A stretch of DNA of 22,555 nucleotides, taken from NCBI GenBank assembly GCA_045863235.1, contig BTUM01000109.1, positions 1 to 22,555 of the forward strand. Direction: 5' to 3'. Below, piece by piece: positions 7,501-15,287 of the stretch. The DNA comes from Candidatus Xenobia bacterium. Lineage in GTDB: Bacteria; Vulcanimicrobiota; Xenobia; Xenobiales; QWHO01. A program made the position numbers and the translations under genes. The notes under the pieces are model-generated. The model ran no database searches and was not told the origin of the DNA. It saw only the letters and a list, made by a program, of their open reading frames with translations. Position 1 is the first letter of the stretch. Each line of letters starts with the position of its first letter.

Positions 7501-9611
7501 ACCTGCACGTGGTGGGCTCGCTGATCAACAGCCACGTCGAGCCGCTGCGGGCGACGCTCGAGTCCAACCGGGAGGTATGCCGCCTGGGCCTGGACACCGG
7601 CGACATCGAGTATGCTGCCTGGGCCCTGCACACCGAGGTTTGCAATGGCTTCTGGGCGGGACTGGAGCTCGACCGCCTGGCCGAAACGGCTCGGCACCAC
7701 GTGGCCCTGCTCGAGCACCACAAGCAGCTGCCGGCGCTGGCCTGCACCTATCAGTTCGTTCAAGCCATCGAGAACATGCGCGGCAATTCCCAGGACCCGG
7801 CCCGCCTGGTGAGCGAGAGGTATGACGAGAACGCCCATCGCGACCGGCTTCTGGCCAAGAACTTCCGAGGAGCGCTCTTCGTCCTGTCGGCCGTGGCCAC
7901 GATGTGTCGCACCATGTTCGGAGCGTTGCAGGAGGCCCTGACCGGAGCCGACGAGTCCGCCGCCTACGTGGACGGGGCAGCATCCACCTATCACATCGTC
8001 ATCTGGCACCAGTACCGGGCTCTGGCTGCACTGAGGCTGTCCGGCCGGGAGAGCGACCAGATCCGGGAGACTCTGGCCAGCATCCAGCCGAACCGCGAGC
8101 TGCTGGAGACACTGCTCCCCTTCTCGCCCGTGAACTTCGAGCATCGAGTGCGGTTGATCGATGCCGAGGTGGCCCGGCTGGAGGGGCGCCTGGGGCCGGC
8201 TCTGGCACTTTACGAGCAGGCTATCGAGGCAGCCCGCCAAAACGAGTTCACCCACGAGCAGGCGCTGGCCAACGAACTGGCGGGCCGGTTCCTGCTCGAC
8301 ACGGTCGGCAAGACGCCAGCCCGCGGCTACATTCTGGAAGCCATCTTCGGCTACGCGCTCTGGGGGGCGACGGCCAAGGTGGCCCGGCTGGAGGAAGAAT
8401 TCGCCGAGCTGCTGGCGGGTTTTCGCCAGGTCAGGACCCTCCGGACCGTTGGGCGGTTGGGGGCCCCCACCTCGCTGGAAAGCTCGACCGGCACCGTCGA
8501 CTCCTCGCAGCTCGACCTGTCGGCGGCCATTCGAGCTTCGCAAGCCATCTCGGGAGAGATCGTGCTGGTCGACCTGGTGCAGACGTTGATGCGCCTGGCC
8601 CTGGAGGTCGGAGGAGGCCAGCGCGGCCTGCTGCTTCTGGATCGGGAGGGGCGGTGGGAGGTCGCCTGCGAGGGGATCGTTGGCCGAGAGCTGGAGCTGC
8701 ACTCGATGGAGCGACCTCTGGAGACGTACATCCAGTGCCCCGAGAAGATCATCAAGTATGTGCGCAGAACTCGCGAGCACGTCCTTCTGGCTGATGCCAG
8801 CCAGTCGGAGCTGTTCCGCGACGACGAATACATCAAGCGGCGCGCGACCCGGTCTTTGCTCTGCCTGCCGGTGAAGCGGCACAACCAGCTCAAGGCCATC
8901 CTCTATCTGGAGAACGATCTGGCCACCGGGGCCTTCACGCACCAGCACCTGGATCTGCTGCGGGTCCTGGTGGGGCAGGCGGCGATCTCCATCGAGAACG
9001 CCCATTTCTACAACACGCTGGAGCGCCGGGTGGAGGAGCGGACCCTGGAGCTTCGGGCCGAGATCAAGGAGCGCATCCGCGTTCAGGAAGAGCTGCGAAT
9101 CCTGGCCACCACCGACAGCCTGACCGGAACGGCCAACCGCCGCCGGTTCTTCGAGCTGGCCGAGCAGGAGTTCAAGCGCTCGCGCCGTTACCCGGCCCCG
9201 CTGTCCGCCATGATGCTGGATGCCGACCGGTTCAAATCGATCAACGACCTCCACGGGCACGACGTGGGGGACCTGGTGCTCAAGTCGCTGTGCAGGGCCG
9301 TCGCGGCCGAGCTGCGCTCGACCGAGATCTTCGGTCGTCTGGGCGGCGAGGAGTTCGCGGTAGCTTTGCCCGAGACTGCGATCGAGGGAGCCGCGGTGGT
9401 GGCCGAAAGAATCCTGCGCTCGGTCTCCGAGCTCGAAGTGGAGGTCGGCGGCGTCCGGTTGAGCTTCACAGTGAGCATCGGGCTGGCCCAGGTCAGGGCC
9501 GAGGACGACTGCTTCGACGACGCGCTGAAGCGGGCCGACCAGGCCCTTTACCAGGCGAAAGCGGCCGGCCGCAACCAGGTGGTCGCCTGGCGATCGGACG
9601 GTCAGGCCTGA
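4569..9611 (+). CDS. Multidomain Ser/Thr kinase - AAA/STAND ATPase - helical (TPR-like) repeats - GAF - GGDEF diguanylate cyclase
   Basis: Kinase: VVLK, HRDINPAN, DFG, GTPPYMSPEQTGR, SDLYSLG. Walker A GYSGVGKT, Walker B LVLFLDD, GAYRDNE, FAHDRIQQAAY. GAF: SLLCLP..ILYLEN..AFT. GGDEF: DSLTG, DADRFKSIND.HGH..GD, RLGGEEF, SIG, ADQALYQAK..GRN. Start uncertain (4569 or 4503); the ORF-track start 4293 overlaps the upstream gene. Confidence 0.92.
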   Translation: MAIYVTKRCIFEGDWSQVFLATDTRRGKDVVLKQLRELYPGPVSMARFAREFEITRGAAGPQVIEAYEMHAYEGTVGLILEDFGGRSVADLTQRQGPFDPIDALPLAIQVADGLAHIHRRNIVHRDINPANIVWNTQTGQVKLIDFGISQVLSRTTASHCRSRRFSGTPPYMSPEQTGRMNRDVDCRSDLYSLGVTLYELLTGRRPFESEDPLELVHSHIARSPVPPCEYGVDKQLSDVIMILLAKRAEDRYNGATGLRHDLVACLEALKAGRTASFPLRGRDSDERLLIPQKLYGRQAEQARLLEAFNRTAEGQVGVLMVAGYSGVGKTSLVHEVHAPLTARRGLFVEGKFDQLNRGTPYDSLIQAFRGLVREILTASEGEISDWREAILAAVGHHGRILVDVIPEIEHILGPQPEAEVLGPAEARNRFQLVMARFLKALGSAEHPLVLFLDDLQWADLPTLELIRHLATDPDTSHVLFIGAYRDNEVSPSHPLMTTLAGMHDDGAEIETIELGPLGEEDVLQLLGDTLHQAPGHLRLAIVCHAKTRGNAFFLNRFLESLHHRRLLGYDGARQCWTWDLEAIQAEAVTDNVVDFMAAAICELEPEARRSLQVAACIGNTFELSTLARTLQTSRKDSLARLRPALEAALVQPADESFWYVEEFQEESTDFHYRFAHDRIQQAAYGMLEEGEAASIHLGIGRILADRLEELERGPELFVVVEHLNRAAALIRDAGERERLAHLNLRAARRASLSAAFEPAHEYFLQAHRLLGAQAWTTDYPVALAVHLEGARAAYLSGHYDVMDERIEAVLARGRALLDRVRAREVRIQALVSQEKLTQAVALALEVLEELGIRLERDPRPEDVQAAVSATLALLEGKDAQTMRSLPEASDPEVIAAQRIQAGLMSSAYLAVPNLLPLLCCSMVETTLERGVCQPAIYGFSCLGLVLITARQVDRAYQIGKIAWEMTDRYEDRSIKVKNLHVVGSLINSHVEPLRATLESNREVCRLGLDTGDIEYAAWALHTEVCNGFWAGLELDRLAETARHHVALLEHHKQLPALACTYQFVQAIENMRGNSQDPARLVSERYDENAHRDRLLAKNFRGALFVLSAVATMCRTMFGALQEALTGADESAAYVDGAASTYHIVIWHQYRALAALRLSGRESDQIRETLASIQPNRELLETLLPFSPVNFEHRVRLIDAEVARLEGRLGPALALYEQAIEAARQNEFTHEQALANELAGRFLLDTVGKTPARGYILEAIFGYALWGATAKVARLEEEFAELLAGFRQVRTLRTVGRLGAPTSLESSTGTVDSSQLDLSAAIRASQAISGEIVLVDLVQTLMRLALEVGGGQRGLLLLDREGRWEVACEGIVGRELELHSMERPLETYIQCPEKIIKYVRRTREHVLLADASQSELFRDDEYIKRRATRSLLCLPVKRHNQLKAILYLENDLATGAFTHQHLDLLRVLVGQAAISIENAHFYNTLERRVEERTLELRAEIKERIRVQEELRILATTDSLTGTANRRRFFELAEQEFKRSRRYPAPLSAMMLDADRFKSINDLHGHDVGDLVLKSLCRAVAAELRSTEIFGRLGGEEFAVALPETAIEGAAVVAERILRSVSELEVEVGGVRLSFTVSIGLAQVRAEDDCFDDALKRADQALYQAKAAGRNQVVAWRSDGQA

Positions 9612-12433
9612 CGGATCTCGGCCTGACGCAGTTTGCGAGTCAAGAGCCGGAACATCTCCAGCGAAAGCTCCGGTCGCTCGCGCAGCCAGCTAAACAGGCT
9701 CTCGGGTCGCCACGAGAGGAGCTCCACCCGGCTCAAGGCCCGGGCCGTGGCTCGGCGTGGCCCTCCGTCGAGAACCCCCAGCTCGCCCAGAAGCGAGACC
9801 GGCTCGATCCGCTCGCCCAGCTCCTCCACGCTGCCCTCGAGCAGCACGTAGAAGCGGTCAGCCGGCTCTCCGGCCCGATAGAGCGCCTGACCCTCCAGGA
9901 ACCGCTCCCGGGTGGCCTGCTCGAGCAGCCCTTCCAGCTCGTCGAGGGTGAGACTGGCCAGCAAGGGCAGCTCTTGCAGGCGGAGCAGTCGCTCCTGGCG
10001 CTCGGCCTGACCGGGGGGCCAGCCTTCTCCGAGCAGCGCGCCGGCCGCCATCCGCAGGCGCGGATCGGGGCTGCGGCGGGCCTGCTCGAGAAACTCGGAC
10101 GAGGGCTGAGCTGGCCGGGTCGCATCGCCTGGTTGCTCCTCGAGCAGCTCCACGAGCACGGCGGCGCTGTCGCGATCGCCCAGGTTGGAGAGGGCCTCCA
10201 GGGCCTCGGCTCGCTCGCGGCTCTGAGCAACCTTGAGCCGCCGCCGCACCCCACCTACCGCTTCGGCTCCCTCCAGCCGCTCCAGGATACTGAGGGCCAA
10301 TCGGCGGGCGCGCTGCAAGTGATCCTTCAGAGCCGCCGGCAGCAGACGGCTCGCCAGATCGCCCGCGGAGGACTCGGCCGCGCGCAGCCAGCGCAGGTCT
10401 TCCCGGGCCTCGTTGAGCAAGCCCCGCAGCTCGGCCCGAAGACTCTCCTCGCCGGCGGCCTGAACGGCCGCCTCCACCGTGGCCAGACGGCTCGAGCGAA
10501 GGGCTGGCTCGGCGGCGCGGGCCCCGCTGGCCCCCGCCGCAGCCAGGCTGTGGGCGGCCTGCAGGCGCACCTCGCGGGCCTCATCGTCGAGCGCGCCGGC
10601 CAGGATCTCCAGCGCCAGCGGGTCTGAGCGCTCCCCCAGCGCTCGGGCAGCAGAAAGACGCACGACCGAGTCCCGATGGTCCAGGCGACGTTCCAGGTCG
10701 GACAGGCCCAGGGTTGCCCCCAGGCGGTCCAGGGCCAGGGCGGACAGCGCGGGGGTGGCGTGCGAGAGGAACGGACGGGCCAGCTCGCAGGCCCACTCGG
10801 GCAACTGCTTCAAAGCCACCTCGGGGTGCTCTCGCAGCAGGTTTTCCAGCACTGGCAAGCCCTGCTCGGGCAAAGTGGCCGCAGCCGAGGCCCTGACCCG
10901 GGGATCGGGGTCGGAGAGAAGCGAAAGCCGGGCCGGCTCGGGAGCGAGCTTCAGGGCGGCCAGTCTCACCAGGGGAGCGGGGTCCTTCAGCACTGCGGGC
11001 GGAGCGGACGGTCCCAGCGCCGCCGCCGCCGTGGCCCGCACCTCGGCGCTGGGGTGGCTCAGGGCCTCCAGCAAGAGCTCGTCAGGCAGGTCAGCAGCCC
11101 GCTGGCCCAGCGGGCTCAGATCGCCTGCCTCCAGGGCAGCCTGGCCCATGCGGGCCAGCCGCTCGGGGGGCAGGGGGATGTCGGCCGCCAGCCCGCCGCG
11201 GGTGATGTCCTCCAGCAGCGCGCCCAGGTAGGCGGCCCGCACCCGGGCGGCGCCTGCCAGGTAGAACAGGGCCAGCGCCAGACCCACCCAGACAAGCTGG
11301 GAGGGCAAGAAGGCGGTCTGGGTCAGCAGCAAGAGGCCGCCCGCCAGGGCCCGGGCGGTATAGCTCACCACTCCCTCCAGGAAGGCCCGCAGTCGGGCGC
11401 GGTAGCGACCCGGGAAAGCGTTGTAAACCAGTCCGCGGGCCGGGCTACCGAGGCAGTTTTGGAACATGCGGTGCACGCTCCAGGCAAAGACCGCCGCCAG
11501 CAGGCTGTAATCCAGGCCCAGCGCCAGAAAGGCGGCTACGGCCAGCAGCGGGTGCAGCAGGCTGGACAGGGCCACTCCGGCCCGTTGCAGCAGCCAGGGG
11601 GTGAATCCGGCCAGAAAGGGGATCTCGACGAGGTAGGCGAGGGCCACCAGCGCTCCCAGGAACGAGGCCAGACGGCCGGGATCGGAAAAGCTGCGGGCAA
11701 AGAGATCGCTGTAGCAGTACTGGGCCAGACCCAGGCAGAGCACCATGCCGGCCAGCATGGCCAGCATGCCCCGGGCCAGGGCGGAACGGCCCAGAAAGCG
11801 CACCGTCGAGGAAAAGGCCTGAGCGGCGGGCCGCGAGGGTCCGGCCGACCAGGCCGCCAGGCGTCGGGAGAACAGCATCACCAGCACCGCTCCGAGGGTG
11901 AGCAGCAGGGCCCAGATCAAGAGCAGCGAGCGCGCCTCGAGACTGTGGCTGGCCAGTGACGCGGCCATGCCTCCCAGAAAGCCCCCCAGGCTGCTGCCCA
12001 GCGCCAGACGGGGGAAGATCCGCTTCTGGGCCAGCGGATCGAACGAGTCTCCGGCCAACACCCAGAAATGGTTGTTGAGCACGGCGCCGGCCAGGGTGGA
12101 GAGACCGAAGAGAGCCGGCAGCAGCAACCGGGGGGCCAGAACCGGCATGGCCAGCCAGCCGGCCAGCACCAGAGCGGCCAGAAGCGAGAATACCAGGGCC
12201 AGCAGGCGATCGTGCCGCATGCGTCCCACCACGCCCGCATAGCCCAGCGAACCGGCCACGGCCGCCAGCGAGGCCAGCAGGATGGTGGCCGGCAGAGCTC
12301 GCACGCCCAGCGTGCCCAGGAGCAGGGACTCGGCGGCGGTGATGCCCACCGCCAGAGCGGCCGCCAGCAGAGCCAGGAGCAACCCGAAGAAGAGGACGCG
12401 GGGGCGCTCGCGGGGACGAACGCCGCTCAGCAT
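9602..12433 (-). CDS. NTT/Npt (TLC/MFS-like) membrane transporter domain + HEAT repeats + cyclic nucleotide-binding domain
   Basis: About 12 hydrophobic helices with FWVLAGDSFDPLAQKRIFPRLALGSSLGG and YNAFPGRYRARLRAFLEG; HEAT-like DPxPxVRxxA repeats; C-terminal LYRAGEPADRFYVLLEGSV...GELGVLDGGPRRATARA cNMP cassette. Confidence 0.85.
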   Translation of the reverse strand: MLSGVRPRERPRVLFFGLLLALLAAALAVGITAAESLLLGTLGVRALPATILLASLAAVAGSLGYAGVVGRMRHDRLLALVFSLLAALVLAGWLAMPVLAPRLLLPALFGLSTLAGAVLNNHFWVLAGDSFDPLAQKRIFPRLALGSSLGGFLGGMAASLASHSLEARSLLLIWALLLTLGAVLVMLFSRRLAAWSAGPSRPAAQAFSSTVRFLGRSALARGMLAMLAGMVLCLGLAQYCYSDLFARSFSDPGRLASFLGALVALAYLVEIPFLAGFTPWLLQRAGVALSSLLHPLLAVAAFLALGLDYSLLAAVFAWSVHRMFQNCLGSPARGLVYNAFPGRYRARLRAFLEGVVSYTARALAGGLLLLTQTAFLPSQLVWVGLALALFYLAGAARVRAAYLGALLEDITRGGLAADIPLPPERLARMGQAALEAGDLSPLGQRAADLPDELLLEALSHPSAEVRATAAAALGPSAPPAVLKDPAPLVRLAALKLAPEPARLSLLSDPDPRVRASAAATLPEQGLPVLENLLREHPEVALKQLPEWACELARPFLSHATPALSALALDRLGATLGLSDLERRLDHRDSVVRLSAARALGERSDPLALEILAGALDDEAREVRLQAAHSLAAAGASGARAAEPALRSSRLATVEAAVQAAGEESLRAELRGLLNEAREDLRWLRAAESSAGDLASRLLPAALKDHLQRARRLALSILERLEGAEAVGGVRRRLKVAQSRERAEALEALSNLGDRDSAAVLVELLEEQPGDATRPAQPSSEFLEQARRSPDPRLRMAAGALLGEGWPPGQAERQERLLRLQELPLLASLTLDELEGLLEQATRERFLEGQALYRAGEPADRFYVLLEGSVEELGERIEPVSLLGELGVLDGGPRRATARALSRVELLSWRPESLFSWLRERPELSLEMFRLLTRKLRQAEIRQA

Positions 12434-14094
12434 GCGGGCAACCGGAAGCGCACGGTGGTGCCATCCACCTCCAGGTGGGCCTGGTGCAGCTTGAGCAGCT
12501 CCTGAGCCACATAGAGGCCGATGCCCAGCCCCACGGGCCGCCCCGGCACGCAGGGCCGCGGCAGGGGCCCATGCAGGATGGCGCGGTGGAGATCACTGGG
12601 AAGGGGGGGGCCGCCGCTGGTGACCTCGATGCGGGCTGCCCCGCCGTCGCGGGACACCGTCAGACGCACGGGCTCCATGGCGTTGGCCAGAAGATTGTCG
12701 AGCACCAGCCGCATGCGGGCCGGATCGAGCTCCACCTCGGGGGGCTCCTCAAGCTCGGCCTCGGGCCACTCCTGAAACGAGAAGCGAACGGGATCGAGCA
12801 CGACCTGACCGCGCGAGAGCAGAGCCAGGGTGGCCAGGTTGCGGGCTGCCAGCAGAGTCGGATCGAGCAGACGCGACAGGCGCTCGTAAAGCTCGCCCAG
12901 CCGTTCCTCCAGGTGACGCTCGCGGGTGGCGTCGCGAAGGACCACCAGGCTGCCCACCTCGCCTCCCCCGGCTCGCACCTGGGTGCGGGCCACCTCCCAG
13001 ACCCGGCCCTCGCGCTCGAGCAGGGAGCGCTCCACCCGGCGACCTCGCTCCTCGACTCGCGCCGAGGCCGGCCAGACCTCGCCCAGAGGGTGCCCGACCA
13101 GCTCTTCGACCGAGCGTCCCAGGGCCACGGCGGCGGCCGGGTTGGCCAGCCGTACCACTTCCTCCTTGTCCAGGGCCAGCAGGCCATCCAGGTTGCTCTC
13201 CACCACGGCCCGCAACTCAGCCTGAGCCATCTCCATGCGCTCGACGGGATTGGTAATGCGGCCGAGCAGGGGATAGCTCAGGCCCAGAGCCACCAGCACG
13301 GCCACCAGACCGAGCAGGTAGAGCTTGCTGCGGGTCGCCTCCAAAAAGGCCAGGTGAGAGCGGGTATTCTGCCCCAGCACCAGGCTGCCCACCTGGCCCA
13401 GGCGGGCCTGGCGCAGGTCGTACTCGTCCCGGCCGACCTGCTGCAGGGCCTGCTCCACCCCGACCGGCAGGCTGATCGGTTGCGGGAAGGTGGAGCCCAC
13501 CAGTCCCGCTCCGGTTTCGAGCTGAACCAGGCAGCTGGTCTCCTGGGCCAGCTTCTCCACCAGCGTCCGGTCGAGGCGAAGTCCCAGGGTGGCCGTGCCC
13601 CCGATGCTGTCGCCGGCATCATAAAGGGGAGTGGTGACCACCTGGTAGAGCTTGCCCTCGCGCAGCCAGTAGCCGGAGACCACCTCGCCTTCCAGCGCTG
13701 CCCCCAGGTCGGGAACCGGCCGCTCAGGGCCGGGCGGAGTGGCCTGGTCGCTCTCCAGCTTCAGCGTGCCGGACGGGTCGGTGAGAACCAACAGGTCGAG
13801 TCCGTACTCGGGCAGGACGACGCTGGTGACGTGGTCTTGCAGGGTGGCGAAATCGGTTCGCCGCAGGATGGTGCGAAAGCCAGGCTCGGCCTCCAGCACC
13901 CGGGCCAACAGATCGAGGCGCTGAAAGCGCTCTTTCTCCTGGGAGCGGAAGGTGGCCAGGGAAACGCTGAGCGAGCGGCTCTGCTGCTCGAGGATCTGGC
14001 GGCGCACGTCGCGATAGATGATGACCAGGCTGAGCAGCAGCACGGCCCCCACCAGTACCGCGATCAGGACCAGCAGGCGAGAGCGGAGTCGCAA
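12427..14094 (-). CDS. Membrane sensor: TM - Cache-like periplasmic domain - TM - PAS - degenerate histidine kinase core
   Basis: Two TM segments; DLLVLTDPSG and VVTTPLY Cache-like motifs; PAS LDGLLALD..VRLANPAA..VVLRDAT; N box LDNLLANA and G2 GLGIGLY present, but no H-box His and G1 reads TSGGPP; TTG start abuts the upstream TAG. Confidence 0.8.
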   Translation of the reverse strand: MRLRSRLLVLIAVLVGAVLLLSLVIIYRDVRRQILEQQSRSLSVSLATFRSQEKERFQRLDLLARVLEAEPGFRTILRRTDFATLQDHVTSVVLPEYGLDLLVLTDPSGTLKLESDQATPPGPERPVPDLGAALEGEVVSGYWLREGKLYQVVTTPLYDAGDSIGGTATLGLRLDRTLVEKLAQETSCLVQLETGAGLVGSTFPQPISLPVGVEQALQQVGRDEYDLRQARLGQVGSLVLGQNTRSHLAFLEATRSKLYLLGLVAVLVALGLSYPLLGRITNPVERMEMAQAELRAVVESNLDGLLALDKEEVVRLANPAAAVALGRSVEELVGHPLGEVWPASARVEERGRRVERSLLEREGRVWEVARTQVRAGGGEVGSLVVLRDATRERHLEERLGELYERLSRLLDPTLLAARNLATLALLSRGQVVLDPVRFSFQEWPEAELEEPPEVELDPARMRLVLDNLLANAMEPVRLTVSRDGGAARIEVTSGGPPLPSDLHRAILHGPLPRPCVPGRPVGLGIGLYVAQELLKLHQAHLEVDGTTVRFRLPAC

Positions 14095-14781
14095 CTACAG
14101 AGTGAGCTGAACCTGGGCGCCCTCGGCCTTGACCTCGATCACGCGGGAGGTCTCCTCCAGGCGCGGATGCCAGGTTTTCAGCACATAGCGACCCGGCGGC
14201 ACGCCGCTGATGCGAAAGCGGTGTTGCGCGTCGGGCACGGCGAAGTAGCCGTTCTCCAGAACCAGGATGTAGGCGTTCATGTGGGTGTGGATGGCGCAGA
14301 ACAGCTCCACCACGCCGGGTCTGTCGAAAGTGACCGAGCGCGACTCGCCCATGGCATACTCGGGCAGCTCGAACTTCTTGGCCGGAGAATCCGAGTAGAC
14401 GCCGTGGTAGATGATGTCCTGATTGGGGAACTCCACCGCCGTTCCGACCCGCACCGGCAGCACGTAGGGCGCGAACTGCCGGCCCTTTTGCTGCATGCGG
14501 GCGGGGGGAAACTTGCCTTCCCCCTTGCCCTTCGCCCCCACCAGATAAACCACCACGTTCAAGGTCTCGTCCGAGCGGGTTGCGCCGTCCTGGGTCTGAT
14601 ACTCCCCCGTGGGCTTGCCGTAGCCGGCCCGATGGCGCCGCCCCACCGCCTTCTTCTTGAGGGCGCTCTTGATGGTCACGCTGCCCTCCACCTCGGCGGC
14701 TCGGACCTCGGCCGAAAGGCCCATCAGCAGAAGTGCAAGCAACAGCAACCCGATCACTGTTCTGCTCTTCTCGTCAGGCAA
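14095..14781 (-). CDS. Secreted cupredoxin-like protein with a C-terminal carboxypeptidase-regulatory-like beta domain
   Basis: Signal peptide (VIGLLLLALLLMGLSAEVRA); QFAPYVLPVRVGTAVEFPNQDIIYHGVYS and FCAIHTHM give type-1 copper ligands H...C-x2-H-x2-M; ISGVPPGRYVLKTWH tail. Start taken as TTG 14781 after GGGGGT; exact start uncertain. Confidence 0.85.
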   Translation of the reverse strand: MPDEKSRTVIGLLLLALLLMGLSAEVRAAEVEGSVTIKSALKKKAVGRRHRAGYGKPTGEYQTQDGATRSDETLNVVVYLVGAKGKGEGKFPPARMQQKGRQFAPYVLPVRVGTAVEFPNQDIIYHGVYSDSPAKKFELPEYAMGESRSVTFDRPGVVELFCAIHTHMNAYILVLENGYFAVPDAQHRFRISGVPPGRYVLKTWHPRLEETSRVIEVKAEGAQVQLTL

Positions 14782-14945
14782 TAAAACCCCCTGGGTCCGC
14801 GATGACCAGGTCGACATCCAGGACCGGCAGGAGGAACTTGGAGCCACGACTTGAGGAGAGGTTCTGGTTTTCAACCTGAGGCCAAGGCGCCATCGGCCAG
14901 GCGGCGCCTGAAGGGGAAGCTCTCCAGATTCGCCAAGAGCCCCGG

Positions 14946-15287
14946 ATGAGACTCCACCTTCTGATGGTCACGTTGCTCTGGGCCGCTTGCCACGCCGAGG
15001 AGGCGACGCTTCGGGTGGCCGGAATGACTTGCCGTGAGTACTGTGCGTTGCGCGTCCAGGCGGTGCTGGAGCAAGCGGAGGGTGTCGAGCGGGTCGAAGT
15101 GAGCTATGAGGGCAAACGTGCGCTCATCTGGTTCGATCCGGCCAGGACTCGTGCGGATGCCGTCGCGTCCTGGCTGGGGGAAAGGACCAACGGGCGCTAT
15201 CTGGCCCAACCTGGAGGGGGAGCTGACCTTGAGAAAACTGACGTTCGGAATCCTGCTCTGGATGGTTACGGGGTGGGCCCTCGCTGA
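14946..15287 (+). CDS. Secreted heavy-metal-associated (HMA, MerP/CopZ-like) protein
   Basis: Signal peptide MRLHLLMVTLLWAACHA; TLRVAGMTCREYCALRVQAVLEQAEGVERVEVSYEGKRALIWFDP is an HMA-fold pattern with CxxxC. Confidence 0.85.
   Translation: MRLHLLMVTLLWAACHAEEATLRVAGMTCREYCALRVQAVLEQAEGVERVEVSYEGKRALIWFDPARTRADAVASWLGERTNGRYLAQPGGGADLEKTDVRNPALDGYGVGPR

Noticed and set aside
5430..9260. 1276-aa minus-strand ORF (also shadow ORFs 6194..7825, 9290..10627, 10676..11959, 12475..14784, 17267..19108)
   Set aside because: Stop-poor antisense or alternate frames are expected in high-GC3 genes; they have no motifs and lie over well-supported genes
4569..9611. Calling the STAND protein an Avs-type antiphage system
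   Set aside because: The architecture matches the kinase-AAA-GAF signalling family, and it has no nuclease, TIR or SIR2 effector; a defence role is not supported by sequence alone
14782..14945. CueR/MerR operator in the divergent cupredoxin-HMA intergenic region
   Set aside because: Only short inverted repeats (AGGTT..AACCT, AGGCGCC..GGCGCCT) are present, with no convincing -35/-10 pair with a 19-bp spacer or ACCTT-N-AAGGT box
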